Shown in pieces: positions 22,146 to 24,000 of a stretch of 24,000 nt of DNA (its first letter is position 1; each line of letters opens with the position of its first letter). Source of the DNA: an uncultured Candidatus Saccharibacteria bacterium (GTDB taxonomy: Bacteria > Patescibacteriota > SICC01); assembly GCA_964476895.1 (NCBI GenBank), contig CAYZCS010000007.1, forward strand, positions 1-24,000. The letters run 5' to 3'. The position numbers were made by a program, and so were the translations under genes. Below the pieces are notes generated by a model. The model was not told where the DNA came from, ran no database searches, and was given only the letters and a program-made list of their open reading frames with translations.

Positions 22146-22582
22146 TGGGTGACCGCACGCTCCAGGTCGGAGTGAAGGTCTTACTCAAGAATACGCAAGG
22201 CAAGTATCTCCTCCTGTTCCGCTCCAAGGAAAAGTATCCGGAAGTGCAGGAACCTTGGGATATGCCGGGCGGGCGAATCCATGTAGGTGCTTCGTTGATT
22301 GCGAACTTGCGCCGAGAGGTTTCAGAGGAAACAGGCTTGGAGGTACAAGGTGAGCCACGACTAATCGGTGTTCAGGATATTCTGCGCGTTCCTGATCGAC
22401 ATGTAATCAGACTGACGTTTATGGCCACGACCGATGGTGAGCCTGTATTGAGTAAGGAAAGCACGAAGAGCGGCTGGTTTTCCCTTGACGAGATTGAGCG
22501 GCTCCCTGACCTAGACCGCTATCTTGCCGAAGTTTTACGAAAACTTGATCAGCCGCATGTCACGCTCTCAAATCCGCTATAG
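22145..22582 (+). CDS. NUDIX hydrolase
   Basis: Nudix box GGRIHVGASLIANLRREVSEETGL (GX5EX7REUXEEXGU). TGATG overlap with ndk. Confidence 0.85.
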   Translation: MGDRTLQVGVKVLLKNTQGKYLLLFRSKEKYPEVQEPWDMPGGRIHVGASLIANLRREVSEETGLEVQGEPRLIGVQDILRVPDRHVIRLTFMATTDGEPVLSKESTKSGWFSLDEIERLPDLDRYLAEVLRKLDQPHVTLSNPL

Positions 22583-22600
22583 GTTTATACTGCAGATGTT

Positions 22601-23155
22601 ATGAAACGAATTAAGGTATATCTCGCCGGTAAGGTGAGCCCCAATTCGCCGCATGTGGGCGAATCGTGGCGGGAGGAATACTGCGGAATACTGAGCGATC
22701 GTACAGGTTTGGACATCCAGAACCTTAATCCGTCCCGCGGGACTGCTACATACGAGGTGGATGAAGGCGACCCTCGGGCCGTCTTCGGGCGGGACTGCTT
22801 CATGATCCAACAGTCAGACGTGGTGATCGTGAATCTGACGGATGATATCAGTGTCGGGGGGTCCCAGGAGATGCTCATCGCGAAATACTTCAGCAAGCCA
22901 CTGCTGGGTATTGCCCCAGTGGATGGTAAATTCCGAAAAACGGAAGCTGAAATCAGAGGACGCAAATATGCCGACTATGTCCATCCGTTCGTGAAGCTTC
23001 CTTGTGATGCCATCCTTGATGACATTGAGGCGGTAGGAGACTATCTTGCGGCGTACTTTCAAGGGCGCCGGAGGCGAGCCAAGGGTGTTGATGTCATCGA
23101 TAAATCGATTCAGTACTACATCGACGACCTGCTGGAAAAAAGCATTGTGCAGTAA
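22601..23155 (+). CDS. Nucleoside 2-deoxyribosyltransferase-like protein
   Basis: N-terminal KVYLAGK, mid-protein D...VVIVNL and GGSQEMLIA, which resembles the D/E catalytic pattern of the NDT/Rcl fold. The call is by eye. Confidence 0.5.
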   Translation: MKRIKVYLAGKVSPNSPHVGESWREEYCGILSDRTGLDIQNLNPSRGTATYEVDEGDPRAVFGRDCFMIQQSDVVIVNLTDDISVGGSQEMLIAKYFSKPLLGIAPVDGKFRKTEAEIRGRKYADYVHPFVKLPCDAILDDIEAVGDYLAAYFQGRRRRAKGVDVIDKSIQYYIDDLLEKSIVQ

Positions 23156-23160
23156 GCCGC

Positions 23161-23790
23161 ATGAACCGGGATACCCAATTCCTGTTCGAAGTCGGCGCGC
23201 TAAGGCGGATGCCGCGGCAGTGGTTCCGGTTCTTCGGGACCGACCTGCAGAACATCACGGAACACACGTTCCGGGTCGCGTGGATCGCCCTGGTAGTGGC
23301 CGCCCGCGAACAGACCGGTGACACCGGCAAGATCGTGAAGCTGGCCCTGGTGCACGACGTCGTGGAGAGCCGCTCGACCGACGTGGATTACCTCAGCCGG
23401 CAGTACGTTGACCGGCATGAGGACAAGGCTGCCCGGGACATCTTCGAAGGCACCGCGCTGGCAGACGAATTCACGAAACTCTGGCAGGAATACGAGGTCC
23501 GGGAGACGATCGAAGCGAAGATCGTGAAGGACGCCGACATCCTGGACCAGGACCTGGAAGTGCGGGAACAATCGTCCGCCGGCGTGCCGATGGAACGTTT
23601 CTGGAAGGAAGACCGCCGAAAGATGGTCCGGAAGAAACTGCATACCCCATCGGCCGCCGAAATGTTTGATGAGATCTACGCGTCGGATCCGCACGACTGG
23701 CATGTCAAAGGGCAGAACCGGTTCCATGATGGCGATTGGCAGAAGGAATCGTCCGAGCAGGAGAAGCCATCCGATGCCCAAGAGTCCTGA
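23161..23790 (+). CDS. HD-domain phosphohydrolase (YfbR-like 5'-deoxynucleotidase family)
   Basis: RMPRQW...EHTFRVAWIAL...LALVHDVVESRSTD (H...HD...E/D metal ligands). Confidence 0.8.
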   Translation: MNRDTQFLFEVGALRRMPRQWFRFFGTDLQNITEHTFRVAWIALVVAAREQTGDTGKIVKLALVHDVVESRSTDVDYLSRQYVDRHEDKAARDIFEGTALADEFTKLWQEYEVRETIEAKIVKDADILDQDLEVREQSSAGVPMERFWKEDRRKMVRKKLHTPSAAEMFDEIYASDPHDWHVKGQNRFHDGDWQKESSEQEKPSDAQES

Positions 23791-24000
23791 ACTGCTCTAC
23801 GCTACCAATAACCCCGGCAAGCTTGAGGAAGTCGGGACGTTCTTGCGGGACGTGATGCCGATCGAATCGCCGAAGGACCTGGGCTTGGATGTCGAGGTCG
23901 AGGAGACCGGTGCGACGCTCGAGGAGAACGCGCTGCTCAAGGCACGGGCGTTCCGGGCGGAGGCGCCGCCGGACATGATCGTGATGGCGGATGATACCGG
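23774..24000 (+). CDS. rdgB: RdgB/HAM1 family non-canonical purine NTP pyrophosphatase, N-terminal part; continues beyond the window
   Basis: LLYATNNPGKLEE......ETGATLEENALLKA....MADDTG pattern. Confidence 0.85.
   Translation, partial: MPKSPELLYATNNPGKLEEVGTFLRDVMPIESPKDLGLDVEVEETGATLEENALLKARAFRAEAPPDMIVMADDT

Overview
High-GC, densely coded bacterial chromosomal window with about 40 CDS and one tRNA. Many adjacent genes overlap by ATGA or TGATG, which suggests translational coupling.

Gene order, left to right:
- 3' end of an acyl-CoA desaturase, a terminator, and tRNA-Val(CAC).
- A minus-strand envelope-type operon: TolB-like beta-propeller, TlyA, PRC-barrel, GtrA, DUF218.
- Minus-strand rpsF-ssb-rpsR-efp.
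- A regulator built from four tandem LuxR/GerE-type HTH modules, then ychF and an SPFH-like protein.
- Two small transcription units encoding a 4-TM protein and a metzincin protease.
- A CsaA-like tRNA-binding protein, a P-loop kinase coupled to a Xer-type recombinase, and two unknown proteins.
- A PAP2 phosphatase, four micro-ORFs and uppP.
- ggt, a PGPGW membrane protein, a LysM protein and an M16 peptidase.
- A nucleotide-hygiene run: ndk, Nudix, deoxyribosyltransferase-like, HD hydrolase, rdgB.

The most unusual signal is noncoding. Two 49-nt elements (10022-10070 and 10703-10751, + strand) each contain the complete hammerhead ribozyme catalytic core. This comprises CUGAUGA, a closed stem II, GAAA, and an NUH cleavage triplet. 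The two copies differ at five positions: two compensatory base-pair swaps and one loop change. Each sits immediately 5' of a gene, with an AUG exactly 8 nt downstream.

No CRISPR array, rRNA or transposase was seen. Taxonomy cannot be fixed from this window. The compact, overlapping gene layout is loosely reminiscent of a reduced-genome lineage, but that is only an inference.
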